A stretch of DNA of 49,661 nt from Octopus bimaculoides (taxonomy: Eukaryota): assembly GCF_001194135.2 (NCBI RefSeq), contig NC_068999.1, positions 5,204,994 through 5,254,654 of the forward strand, written 5' to 3'. The notes below the pieces were generated by a model. The model made no database searches. It was not told the origin of the DNA and saw only the letters and a list, made by a program, of their open reading frames with translations. How positions within the stretch are numbered: position 1 is the stretch's first letter; every line of letters starts with the position of its first letter. The position numbers and the translations under genes were made by a program. Shown piece by piece: positions 36,708 to 44,451 of the stretch.

Positions 36708-39700
36708 NNNNNNNNNNNNNNNNNNNNNNNNNNNNNNNNNNNNNNNNNNNNNNNNNNNNNNNNNNNNNNNNNNNNNNNNNNNNNNNNNNNNNNNNNNNNN
36801 NNNNNNNNNNNNNNNNNNNNNNNNNNNNNNNNNNNNNNNNNNNNNNNNNNNNNNNNNNNNNNNNNNNNNNNNNNNNNNNNNNNNNNNNNNNNNNNNNNNN
36901 NNNNNNNNNNNNNNNNNNNNNNNNNNNNNNNNNNNNNNNNNNNNNNNNNNNNNNNNNNNNNNNNNNNNNNNNNNNNNNNNNNNNNNNNNNNNNNNNNNNN
37001 NNNNNNNNNNNNNNNNNNNNNNNNNNNNNNNNNNNNNNNNNNNNNNNNNNNNNNNNNNNNNNNNNNNNNNNNNNNNNNNNNNNNNNNNTATATATATATA
37101 TATATATATGTAGATGCTAATGGCATAAAAGACGTGGCAAAGCCTTTTCTTAGACCACAAACACTGTCTTCTCACAACGAACCAAACTTTCCTAGAATCA
37201 CCCATAGCTTTTGTGGTGTCAGTTAGTTACATGATGACGAAACAAATGGATGCTACAAGCATTGGAAACAATTTCAGTGGATTTTACACAGTACACCTAT
37301 AACACCTATATATATATATATTAGATAAACCTAAGGTCTATGGTATGACTGCATATTTGGAACCAATAAGATGTGTATCTGTCATATACTGGGGTTAATA
37401 AGGAGAGTATTGTATGCGGATTTATTTGACTATGCCTTTTCTCTTATAAGTTTTAAAAAAAACTATTAGTGCGTGTCTGTTGCTTAACCTGAAAAACGTT
37501 TCCTTTTGTCTTTTTTTTTTTCTGCAGGAACTTTTTGGAGAGAAAACAGAAACTGTGATAATTCCATCTCAAGAAAGTAAGATCGTTGTTGCTGCTGTTG
37601 TTGTTGTTTTAGTGCCTGGTCAGCTGAATGGATGAAGCAGACCCCTCATCAAAAGTGTCCCAGCCATCACCCTCCTATCTATGTCTCATTCCCTTTTTAA
37701 CCCTTTAGCATTTAAACCAACCATATCTGGCCAAAATGTTCTTCTTGTTTTATGTTCAGACTGGACATATCTGACCCCTCAACCAATCCTAAAATATCAT
37801 TCTAAAAATTAGCAGTTACCTCATTAAATTCTCAAAGCTATGAGATAATGCATGAGTAATTTTTTAAAAATGTAAATAAATAAGCATTACTTTTGACTGA
37901 ATAAAGTGAATGCTAAAGGGTTAAGATAGTAATGTGTGATTTAAAGGAGACTTAGCTGCTATTTCTAACTCGTAGGGTTGAGTAACCATGTTAAGGGACC
38001 CTCGTTAGTGCAATTTTGCTGTTGTGAGGTAAAAGACTGGAGAATTGACAAGTACAGGTACAGCTGTGTGGTTAAGAAGGTTGCTTCCCCACCTTGTGGT
38101 TTAGGGTTCAGTCCCACTGTGTGGCATCTTGGACAAATGTCTTTTATAACAACCTGGGACCAACCAAAGCCTTGTGAGTGGATTTGGTAGGCAGAAACAG
38201 AAAGAAGCCTGTAATAAAGTTTAAGGATGATGAGCAAAACAGCTATGTTTCCAGGGGTGAATTATTCAAATCCCAAAGAATTTCACTCAATACATGGCTA
38301 TGATGCTCCCCCACTACTTCTGCTCATCATCAGAGGTATGACAATTGTGTGTATGTGTTTGTGTATGTATATATATACATACATACATATATAAAATATT
38401 AGTTAAAGAATAAAAAGACTGGGTTAACGACTCAACATATCACACCCCCTCAATGAACATATATAAGAAACACAGCATAATCCATCAAACATAAGGACTA
38501 AGAAGAAATAACGCAAGAAGAAATAATAAATAAATAAAAATATAGCATATAGTATAAAATTTTTATACACGAATATATTGGTTCAACCGATAACATGGAA
38601 CTGAAAAAAATTGAGTTAAAGGTATAAAGCAATACACGTGAATATCATTTCATAGAAGTTAAAAAAGTTAAAATTAATACGAATAAAAATTAATACGGAA
38701 GGAGTAAAAATTATCTGCATTTGAGGATTCCAAAAAAAAAAAAAAAAAAGAAATGAAAAAAGTGCCATTTTAGAATAGCCAAACAGGCTGCAGTATCAAA
38801 ACCAATCTACAAGGTTTCAATTCACCCTAACGTAAACTAATGCACTAGTTATTATTTATTACTTTTAAATTTATTTTTATCTCTATACAGTTTCAACTAA
38901 ATTAAAAATTTATTTACGTTAGGGTGAATTGAGACCTCGTAGATTGGTTTTGATACTGCAGCCTGTTTGGCTATTCTAAAATGGCACTCTTTTTTTTTTT
39001 TTTTTTTTCCCCCCTTGTGCATGTCATGACTTTGTACGTCTGTTTACCCTGACGAGGGGGTAATCACCAGTTTACACTCTATTGTGTTTTGAAATACAGT
39101 GGTGTACCTCCGAAATGGCCATAGGTATTGTATGAAATTAGTGAAATTGCTTTTACTGATGGATACCTGCGGTGTACTGTGATTGTTTTTGGCTCATGTG
39201 TGGTGAACCTTTTTTGACATGGTGAGCGCAATTGAACTTTTGCCTGTTGATACCTGCCGGGTGCCTGTTGTGCGCTCTTGTGTGTGCCGGATTGGTGTGA
39301 ACTTGCCTTTTGGTGTCTACTGGTTTTGAGGTGTGAAATGTGCCCGAGGGAGTTGAAGAACTTTGAACTTTAATTCTACATGGTGTTAAATCACTTCTGT
39401 CCTTGTTTTTTCAACTGATAGACTACTTTATGGTACCTCATTTCTTCATTTCATTTTATTTTACTATATTGACTTTTATTATATTATTATTTGAAATTTT
39501 TACTCCTTCCGTATTAATTTTTATTCGTATTAATTTTAACTTTTTTTAACTTCCATAAAATGATATTCACGTGTATTGCTTTATACCTTTAATTCAATTT
39601 TTTTCAGTTCCATGTTATCAGTTGAAACAATATATTTGTGTATAAAAAATTTTTTTAGTATATGCTATATTTTTATTTATATTTATTATTTCTTCTTAGT

Positions 39701-39896
39701 CCTTATGTTTGACGGATTATGCTGTATTTCTTATATATGTTCATTGAGGGGGTGTGATATGTTGAGTCGGTAACCCAGTCTTTTTATTCTTTAACTAATA
39801 TTTTACTCTTGTCTCAGTTACTCTGAGCACTTCTCCTTGCAGCCCTGTATAAAATCTATTGGTTTCCTAATAAGAAACCATTAATATTATATATTT

Positions 39897-39931
<35 letters not shown>

Positions 39932-41869
39932 CATCATCATCATCATCAGTGGGCCTCCCAGGGGTGAGTTGGCTGAGTTCCTTTTGAACAGGCCTCACAG
40001 AAGCAAGATGGCTGAGTTCCTTTGAAGCGTTGGGCCTCACAGAACCAATGACCAAGGCCTTTGGCATGATGTCATGCTTGAGAAAAAGACCCATCAAGCC
40101 AAGCAAAATCGCAGTCGTGACAGATATTGGTGTAACGTAAATGGCACCTGTGCTGGTGGCATGTAAAAGCACCCATTACACTCTGAGTGGTTGGCATTAG
40201 GAAGGGCATCCAGCCACAGAAAACCATGCCAAATCAGACTAGATCCTGGCGCGGCCTTCCAGCGTGCCAGTATGGACAACGGACACTAAGTAATGATGAT
40301 GATGATATGCCTATGTAGCTCTATGTGTGTGTTTAGTAACCACTGAAGCTTCTTTCCATGGATACTCTAAATTCCACATTCCCATTTATCGGTGCAGTGA
40401 TATAAAAATGTGAATTTCTTATTCAAGGTACCACAGCTAAAGAAAAACATGAAAGAGTTCCCTCAACAAAATCTTCAAAGTAAGAAATATTTGGTTTTTT
40501 TCTAATGTACGTTTTTTTTGTGTGAAGTTGTAATGGTGTGGGGAAGGGGAGAAGGAAAATAAAATCTTTAGCCTTTTTTTCCCCCCATCTGTTATTGATA
40601 GATTGTTTGTGGGACGAATATAGTAGACACTGTATATTTTTTTGGTGGGTGGGGATCATTGTTTCAAATGATCGGACACAATCCTTAATAGCCTACATGA
40701 TTCTTATGATCTGACATGGCTCGTGGCAGTCCAACGTGGCTCTTGTGGTCCAACTTGGTTCTTAGTGATTTGATATGGCTCTTGGCAACCTGACGTAGTT
40801 CCTGCTAGTCCGATATGACTCTTGACCATCCAAAATGACTCTTGATCATCCAATGTGACTCTCAATTTGGTTTAGATATTTCACCAACAAAATATGTTCA
40901 ACTCCATGTTACACCCGATCAGATCAAAGGTACTCCAACCATGACTGTCACAACTTGTTTTTTGGTTTGTTCTTTATTTTAAACTGTTAAGACTATCCAT
41001 TTTGTCCATTTTTTTAAGGCGATAAGGTTTATTGAGTAACGATTCAGTTGCTATTTTTAACAAGTCAAGCAGTCACATTCAGATTTTTTTACCTTCATTT
41101 ATAGAAATTTTCCTTCTTTATAAATATTGAATGGTGTAAGGTATCTGACATGTTTATCATATTTGGTTAACCATCAAATCTCAGACATACTTGGTTGGTT
41201 GGCATTTCTGTAAGAGCTTCATGAATTCTTCATAACTGGACAAGTAAAACAGATTTTATTGGTCATGGTGAATCTAGGGGGAACTCGTGAGAATTGAACT
41301 GAAGATCAGCTACTTAACGGCAACATAGACTCCCCCCTCCCCTCTCTCTCATTACCTTTTTTCTTTAACCCTACAATTTATCAACAGTCAAGGGTCTGGG
41401 TTTGTTTTTCTATAAATGTTTGTTTAAAAAAAATGTTTCAAAAGTGAAATAAAAAAAAGAAACACAAAACAATATTTATATTATTTAGAAAATCTGGTGG
41501 CTCTCAAGAAGAATCTCCAACACTGGAACAACTGGCGTCAGAGGTAAGCAGAAAGTCTTCACTTTTCTTCCATTTAGTTCTTTGTTCTTCTGTTCTACTT
41601 TTCTTTTAATCTTGTTTCTTTTTTCTTTCCTTGTTTCAATTCTTGCTAAATGGGCAATAAAATACACACACACCTACCCTCTTACTCCACACACAGTGGA
41701 TATATATATATATATATACAACAGGCTTCTTTCAGTTTCCATCTACCAAATCCACTCACAAGGTTTTGGTCAGCCCAAGGCTTTAGTAGAAGACACTTGC
41801 CCAAGGTGAGACTGAATCTGGAACCATGTGGTTGGGAAGCAAGCTTTTTCCCACAGCCACACCTGTGCC

Positions 41870-41946
<77 letters not shown>

Positions 41947-43458
41947 GGTGGCCCAAAAGTAGGTTTACAGTTATCACGTAGGCACTTTAAATTTCTTTTA
42001 AAACATTTTATAACATTTAAATTTCTATCTTACAAACTGAATGGTGAGCTTGACAAATTAAACTAAATTAGCATAAAATAATGGTTTCATATTTTTTTTA
42101 TAATCAGGGTCTAAACTGTTAATATATGAATGCAAAAGAGATAGTTGAATAAAGGTAAACCTACTTTTGGGCCACCCTGTATACACACACACACACACGC
42201 CTACAGACTAATGTTCCATTAGACAAATACACATACGCATTGTTCAGTCACAAATGTGTGTGCATATAATGCATTAGTGTGTCTGCATGTAAACACACAT
42301 ACAGATTAATGTCCTATTACATACATACACACACATATATGTATATATATATACATATATGTGTGTGTATGATGATATATATATATGTATATATCAGGCA
42401 TGTGCCGTGAGTAATTGCTCAGGGTAGGCAGTTGGTGACGTTTATGTAGTAAAACACACAAAAAAATAAGTGAAACACAAGCACGTAACTGAGTTGGAGG
42501 TAGAATTACTTCTGCCTTTATAGCGCATAAAGAAAACGTTGTTGTAGGAATGTACGCAGCACATGTACTACAGCAGTACTATCCTTAGTTTTAATACCGA
42601 GATTGAAAGGCAGGGGCGAAATTATGCCTACCAAATCTACAAAAAAATAAAATATTTTGCATTGTATGCATAATAATCAGAGTAACGTTCATAATTTATT
42701 GAAGTAGGTGCAGACTTTGCCATGAAAGGAAAATGTTCTTATCAATCTATTTCATTCTGAGTAGGCACTGCCTACCTTGCCTACCCGGGTGGCATACCCC
42801 TGAGATATACATATATATGTGATGATATAGATATATGTATGTATATGCTCGTACACACAGTTGATACTTCTTTATGATTTCTTTATCATTTAGTAGTAAT
42901 AATAATGATAATAATTCATTCATGAGGCCCATGGTAATGGCAAATTGTCTAAATTTTCTTTCAGTTTTGATGCATAAATTTCTAATTCTTTGCAACCTTG
43001 ATTTGTTATATTTGAATATTTTGGTTATGTCTTCGATTTTGTTCCAAAGTTTAAGGTTGCTGATTGTGTAACAGCCTGGAACATATGTAAAGGGAGGTAA
43101 GAACGAAGAGAACCTAGGCATACATGTGATTTGTATTTCATCTTTGACTCTTTGGTGGTTTTTGGACACTTGGTATCATCAATCAAGTTTTTTTTTTCCC
43201 CTTAAATTGTACAAAAGCCAAATTACACACACACACACACACTCACACAGAGACAGACACACTCACACAGACAGACACACTCATGCAGACTGACACTCCG
43301 GACACACTCGCACACACAGACATACACGCACACAGACAAACAGACACACACACAGACAGACACGCACACATGCACGCACACAGACTCAGACAGATACACT
43401 CGCAGACAGACGCACACACACACACAAACTGACAGACACGCACACAGACATACTCATT

Positions 43459-43492
<34 letters not shown>

Positions 43493-44090
43493 TATTACCT
43501 TTGCTATATTTGCTTACACCTCCTCACATTCTGAGTTCAAACCCCACCGAAGCTAACTTTGCCTTTCACCCTTTCAGGGGCCAATAAAATAAAAGCACCA
43601 ATGATGTACTGGGGTTAATGGTATTGCCTAACCCCTTGCCACCCAAGACTTCTGGCCTTGGTGTCTAAATCAAAAACCATTATCATTATTATTATTATCA
43701 TTATTATTATTATTATTATTATTATTGCTCTTGTTTATTATTATTATTCTTTTCCAGTATCAATTTAATATTTCTTGTTATTTGCATGTTGCTTCCAATT
43801 TCTTCATTTTTTCATTCTTTTCTCTTTTTTTTTTCCTTTTTTTTATTTTTATATTTTCATATTTATTTTTTCCCATTTCAAGTCATTCGCTGTGAGCTCT
43901 GCTTTGCCTGTATCTGTTGCTGACAATGCCTCTACCACCACCACCACTATTATTACTACTAGTACTACCACCACTACCACCACTACCATCAACAATACCA
44001 TCACCACTACTACCACCACCACCTCTACATCTCCTTTGGCCCAAACTACTACTATTACTACCACTACCTCACACGATCCCATTTCATCTG
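4779..44090 (+). CDS. ARHGAP45-like: Multi-exon F-BAR + RhoGAP protein gene, ARHGAP45(HMHA1)/ARHGAP29/GMIP family; 23 exons found, 5' and 3' ends not identified
   Basis: Manual splicing of 23 GT-AG exons with matching phases gives one open frame. Motifs include [37 protein letters not shown] (F-BAR start), [69 protein letters not shown] and [19 protein letters not shown], recognisably like HMHA1/PARG1 from memory. No database search was run. Confidence 0.93.
5351..5690 (+). mobile_element. Family A copy with internal 70-bp tandem module (about 2.5 copies)
   Basis: Units 5351-5420, 5421-5490 and a partial third, then the family A 3' end and ATG tail. Confidence 0.8.
6166..6488. repeat. Compound satellite (GT)n-ATTTGAATGAAT/ATTTGAACAAAT
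   Basis: About 14 repeats of a gt tract followed by atttgaa(tgaat/caaat). Confidence 0.9.
6545..6735 (+). mobile_element. Family F dispersed repeat
   Basis: ccagccatgaccatc and ggagatttggctgctatttctagca blocks recur near 12680, 20370-20790, 25130, 37600 and 40900, and inverted at 46810-47150. Confidence 0.6.
6848..6990. repeat. (CAT)n-(TAT)n microsatellite
   Basis: Direct inspection. Confidence 0.95.
7445..7622 (-). mobile_element. Family C SINE-like copy
   Basis: actggtacttaatttattgaccccgaaaggatgaatggtaaagtcgacctcggcagaatttgaactcagaacg. Confidence 0.75.
7693..7923 (+). mobile_element. Family A copy
   Basis: gagtggttggcgttaggaag...ccaacccatgctagcatggaaagcggacgttaaac plus (ATG)n. Confidence 0.8.
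8482..8640 (+). mobile_element. Family B SINE-like copy
   Basis: gtatggctgtgtg...ggcaccttggacaagtgtctt...aaagccttgtgagtgg. Confidence 0.7.
8803..9025. mobile_element. TTAA-flanked piggyBac-type MITE (family E)
   Basis: TTAA 8799-8802 + CCCTTTAGCATT ... AACGCTAAAGAG + TTAA 9026-29. Confidence 0.7.
9125..9189 (+). CDS. ARHGAP45-like: Exon b (phase 1-0): [22 protein letters not shown]
   Basis: Acceptor ctttcatttccacag, donor gtgagt; resembles the HMHA1 EMEFAKGLQKIA segment. Confidence 0.9.
10157..10201 (+). CDS. ARHGAP45-like: Exon c (45 nt, phase 0-0): [15 protein letters not shown]
   Basis: Acceptor ttttcttatttaacag, donor gtgagt; resembles family PLxSIYxLAL. Confidence 0.88.
10996..11290 (+). 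mobile_element. Family D tRNA-head SINE with CORE/Meta-like central domain
   Basis: gtggcttagtggctagg...gagttcaattcc...gtgtccttgagcaagacactttatttcacgttgctccagtccactcagctg; inverted copies at 21205 and 31365. Confidence 0.75.
11397..11462 (+). CDS. ARHGAP45-like: Exon d (66 nt, phase 0-0): [22 protein letters not shown]
   Basis: Acceptor ttctttctttctcaag, donor gttagt; fills the expected D-x-E...LQTxxF segment. Confidence 0.87.
11533..11605 (-). pseudogene. Degenerate tRNA-like sequence (probably a SINE head)
   Basis: Reverse strand has B-box GGTTCAAATCC in a T-arm-like stem and an anticodon-like arm CTGCA-CCTCTAG-TGCTG; the acceptor stem does not pair. Confidence 0.35.
11977..12057 (+). CDS. 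ARHGAP45-like: Exon e (81 nt, phase 0-0): [27 protein letters not shown]
   Basis: Acceptor gctatttctag, donor gtaagt; family motif PLxxRRxEHxKxRKxIKExW. Confidence 0.93.
12281..12463 (+). CDS. ARHGAP45-like: Exon f (183 nt, phase 0-0): [26 protein letters not shown]...[14 protein letters not shown]
   Basis: Acceptor ttctcctttcag, donor gtaagt; ORF 12317-12508. Confidence 0.92.
12927..13146. mobile_element. Second piggyBac-type MITE nested in a family E MITE
   Basis: TTAA 12923-26 + CCCTTTCGTTAC ... GTGATGAAAGGG + TTAA 13147-50; family E starts at 12911 and resumes at 13151. Confidence 0.7.
16150..16500. repeat. Degenerate ~19-bp minisatellite (acttcaccgtcattaacac)
   Basis: Three near-exact units at 16261-16318 with decayed flanking units. 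Confidence 0.75.
16835..16985 (-). mobile_element. Family B SINE-like copy
   Basis: gcttctttcagtttctgtctatcaaatccacaaggc...tagaagacgcttgcc. Confidence 0.65.
19385..19745. repeat. 48-bp minisatellite made of two alternating ~24-bp GGTACC-containing subunits
   Basis: ggtggtaccccaactcaactgtga + cagaggtacccccacttgactgat; units start at about 19518, 19566, 19613, 19661 and 19709. Confidence 0.9.
20500..20790 (+). repeat. Tandem triplication of a family F segment
   Basis: gggagatttg(g/a)ctgct..ttctaac occurs three times, about 115-140 bp apart, separated by poly-T. Confidence 0.75.
21205..21409 (-). mobile_element. Family D SINE-like copy (truncated by gap)
   Basis: ggcactccgtcgcttacgacgtcgagggttccagttgatccaatcaacggaacagcctgctcgtgaaattaacgtgcaagtggctgagcactccacagac. 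Confidence 0.8.
23406..23558 (+). CDS. Candidate unannotated exon (153 nt, phase 0-0): [51 protein letters not shown]
   Basis: Acceptor gatttattcaaacag, strong donor TTG|gtaagt, stop-free in the frame matching the host phase-0 intron; no homology recognised. Confidence 0.35.
25860..26030 (-). mobile_element. Family A-related copy
   Basis: (CAT)n then ctatgctggcatgggttgga...gacgcccttccta. Confidence 0.6.
26640..26880. repeat. 132-bp direct duplication within a decayed triplet-based repeat
   Basis: ttgtaatcatctcgttaac..aaaatatcaatcatcatctttgtgatcattgttgtc at 26674 and 26806. Confidence 0.8.
27683..27760 (+). CDS. ARHGAP45-like: Exon g (78 nt, phase 0-0): [26 protein letters not shown]
   Basis: Acceptor tctttcttatag, donor gtttgt; resembles family AxExxxxYRxCVxxA...ELExxK. 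Confidence 0.88.
27774..27955 (-). mobile_element. Family C SINE-like copy immediately downstream of exon g
   Basis: gtttcgaattttggcacaaggcc...gctggtacttatttt...gcatttgagctcagaatc. Confidence 0.6.
28222..28742 (+). mobile_element. Family A long copy with three diverged ~120-bp internal modules
   Basis: atatgccgtgcttgagaagacc..caagccaagtgaga..gtggcc..tgccagtg occurs three times, then the family A 3' end. Confidence 0.7.
28878..28937 (+). CDS. ARHGAP45-like: Exon h (60 nt, phase 0-0): [20 protein letters not shown]
   Basis: Acceptor ttcttctccttccag, donor gtgagt. Confidence 0.88.
29199..29255 (+). CDS. ARHGAP45-like: Exon i (57 nt, phase 0-0): [19 protein letters not shown]
   Basis: Acceptor ccattttttgcag, donor gtaaat. 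Confidence 0.88.
29722..30168 (+). mobile_element. Family B near full-length copy with 17-bp internal expansion
   Basis: Head gcaggcatggctgtgtggtaagaagc; gccttgggccaaccaaa x4 (29816-29883); tail atgactgaaacaagta. Confidence 0.8.
30231..30370 (+). CDS. ARHGAP45-like: Exon j, end of F-BAR (phase 0-2): [24 protein letters not shown]...[10 protein letters not shown]
   Basis: Acceptor tttgtctgtccaacag, donor gtgagt; family motif FxxLxESSKxYxPxxxYAxFVxxL. Confidence 0.92.
30897..31015 (+). CDS. ARHGAP45-like: Exon k, Ser-rich linker (phase 2-1): [40 protein letters not shown]
   Basis: Acceptor tttttctcctctag, donor gtatgt; phases match neighbours. Confidence 0.85.
31365..31665 (-). mobile_element. 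Family D SINE-like copy
   Basis: ccagctgagtgaactggagcagtgtgaaataaagtgtcttgctcaaggacac...aggaattgaacttgtgacc. Confidence 0.75.
31770..31949 (+). CDS. ARHGAP45-like: Exon l, Ser-rich linker (phase 1-1): [22 protein letters not shown]...[16 protein letters not shown]
   Basis: Acceptor tttccctctag, donor gtaagt; SDSDS and SxEDL motifs. Confidence 0.87.
32303..32579 (+). mobile_element. Family C full-length SINE whose (ATT)n tail abuts the exon m acceptor
   Basis: aaggcggtgagctggcagaatcgttagc...gagttcaaattccgccaaagtcgac...ccttgtgcctatactagaaagg(att)n; a second copy lies at 32110-32290. Confidence 0.8.
32582..32628 (+). CDS. ARHGAP45-like: Exon m (47 nt, phase 1-0): [16 protein letters not shown]
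   Basis: The only phase 1-0 candidate I found bridging exons l and n; acceptor tattattgtag, donor gtaagt. Confidence 0.75.
33011..33145 (+). CDS. ARHGAP45-like: Exon n, RhoGAP start (phase 0-0): [45 protein letters not shown]
   Basis: Acceptor ctttatttgttttag, donor gtgaga; FG...VPxIIKKCxxEIE motif. Confidence 0.93.
33258..33600 (+). mobile_element. Family B SINE-like copy
   Basis: ggtgtggttgtgtgataagaagc...gggttcagtccc...ggtgctccagcatgg...gaaacaagtaaaaga. Confidence 0.7.
33843..33980 (+). CDS. ARHGAP45-like: Exon o, RhoGAP arginine finger (phase 0-0): [20 protein letters not shown]...VLKMYLRQ
   Basis: Acceptor gtcttacttcag, donor gtaagt; canonical GIYRxxG and LKxYLR. Confidence 0.96.
34196..34252 (+). 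CDS. ARHGAP45-like: Exon p (phase 0-0): [19 protein letters not shown]
   Basis: Acceptor tttgtcttccag, donor gtaagt; LPEPL motif. Confidence 0.94.
34883..35001 (+). CDS. ARHGAP45-like: Exon q (phase 0-2): [39 protein letters not shown]
   Basis: Acceptor ctatatttcag, donor gtaagt; LPxxN...LxxHL motif. Confidence 0.92.
35155..35540 (-). mobile_element. Adjacent family A-related and family B copies
   Basis: catgcttgcatgg...ggttggatgcc, then actcacaagtcttt...ggactgaacccaaagccatgtggttgggaagc; the same pairing occurs at 26885-27210. Confidence 0.6.
35823..35903 (+). CDS. ARHGAP45-like: Exon r (phase 2-2): [27 protein letters not shown]
   Basis: Acceptor cctattttcag, donor gtaagt; [16 protein letters not shown] motif. 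Confidence 0.95.
36010..36230 (+). mobile_element. Family B 3' half
   Basis: gtgtttgtcccc..acttgacaaccgatgttggtgtgtttac...gaccgatagaataagta...aaatgacttaaacaagtaaaa. Confidence 0.75.
36334..36412 (+). CDS. ARHGAP45-like: Exon s (phase 2-0): [27 protein letters not shown]
   Basis: Acceptor ctctctcttacag, donor gtaagt; family-type LSSLVD motif. Confidence 0.92.
37528..37576 (+). CDS. ARHGAP45-like: Exon t, end of RhoGAP (phase 0-1): [16 protein letters not shown]
   Basis: Acceptor (t)n ctgcag, donor gtaaga; xLF closing motif. Confidence 0.88.
37701..37920. mobile_element. TTAA-flanked piggyBac-type MITE (family E), 220 bp
   Basis: TTAA 37697-700, perfect 12-bp TIR CCCTTTAGCATT/AATGCTAAAGGG, TTAA 37921-24. 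Confidence 0.8.
38060..38212 (+). mobile_element. Family B SINE-like copy
   Basis: gctgtgtggttaagaagg...gggttcagtcccactgtgtggc...ccaaagccttgtgagtggatttggtag. Confidence 0.75.
38392..39805. mobile_element. Probable Penelope-like retroelement remnant with inverted terminal copies
   Basis: Outer inverted arms 38392-38712/39495-39805, inner inverted arms 38761-38836/38913-38988 and an embedded hammerhead; no RT or GIY-YIG ORF seen. Confidence 0.55.
39045..39127 (+). ncRNA. Minimal type I hammerhead ribozyme motif
   Basis: Stem I TACC(39045-48)/GGTA(39124-27); CTGACGA 39049-55; stem II GGGGGTA(39056-62)/TACCTCC(39105-11); GAAA 39112-15; palindromic stem III ATGGCCAT 39115-22; cleavage triplet AUA 39121-23. 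Confidence 0.8.
39930..40305 (+). mobile_element. Family A copy
   Basis: gacccatcaagccaagc...gagtggttggcattaggaagggcatccagc plus (ATG)n tail. Confidence 0.7.
40428..40479 (+). CDS. ARHGAP45-like: Exon u, C-terminal tail (phase 1-2): [17 protein letters not shown]
   Basis: Acceptor tttcttattcaag, donor gtaaga; supported by phase compatibility only. Confidence 0.65.
40710..40865. repeat. Degenerate ~20-bp minisatellite (atgactcttga..atcca-like)
   Basis: Periodic atggctc/atgactc motif about every 19-20 bp. Confidence 0.6.
41489..41543 (+). CDS. ARHGAP45-like: Exon v, C-terminal tail (phase 2-0): [19 protein letters not shown]
   Basis: Acceptor atattatttag, donor gtaagc; phases match exons u and w. 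Confidence 0.65.
41720..41870 (-). mobile_element. Family B SINE-like copy
   Basis: ggcttctttcagtttccatctaccaaatccactcacaagg...ccacagccacacctgtgcc. Confidence 0.8.
41944..42179. mobile_element. Tc1/mariner-type MITE, 236 bp
   Basis: Perfect 25-bp TIR CAGGGTGGCCCAAAAGTAGGTTTAC/GTAAACCTACTTTTGGGCCACCCTG with TA on both flanks. Confidence 0.88.
42395..42800. mobile_element. Probable MITE with imperfect TIRs
   Basis: tcaggcatgtgcc...agggtaggcagt at left, actgcctacctt...ggcatacccctga at right. Confidence 0.5.
43224..43490. repeat. Compound (CA)n/(CAGA)n microsatellite
   Basis: Direct inspection. Confidence 0.9.
43510..43730 (+). mobile_element. Family C SINE-like copy with (ATT)n tail
   Basis: ttctgagttcaaacccc...ctttgcctttcaccctttcagggg...ctggccttgg...(att)n. 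Confidence 0.65.
43883..44090 (+). CDS. ARHGAP45-like: Exon w, poly-Thr tail (phase 0-1): [22 protein letters not shown]...SHDPISS
   Basis: Long T-rich tract ending catttcaag, donor gtgagt; ORF 43775-44098. Confidence 0.65.
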
Positions 44091-44331
44091 GTGAGTAAAT
44101 AAAAATGAAATTGAAAAGATATATATATATGTATATAAATATGTGTGTGTATACATATGTGTGTATCCCGGTTTTAGAATAGCTACACTGTATCCCTGTT
44201 GTAAGAGGTGACTAAAAAGGTTGGTGACAGGAAGAGCATCCAATTGTAAATCACTAGCTTGGGAAACTTGAATAACCCATAACATCATAGGAAAGAAAAT
44301 CTCAAAACAATTATATGTATTTATTTGTGTT

Positions 44332-44363
<32 letters not shown>

Positions 44364-44406
44364 TCTGTAAAAATATGTGACACTTATTCGGTAGCCATGA
44401 TATACC

Positions 44407-44447
<41 letters not shown>

Positions 44448-44451
<4 letters not shown>

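Noticed and set aside
39128-39490. RT or GIY-YIG ORF of the Penelope-like remnant
   Set aside because: The frames I tried hit early stops and showed no recognisable motif, so the PLE call rests on the ribozyme and inverted structure only.
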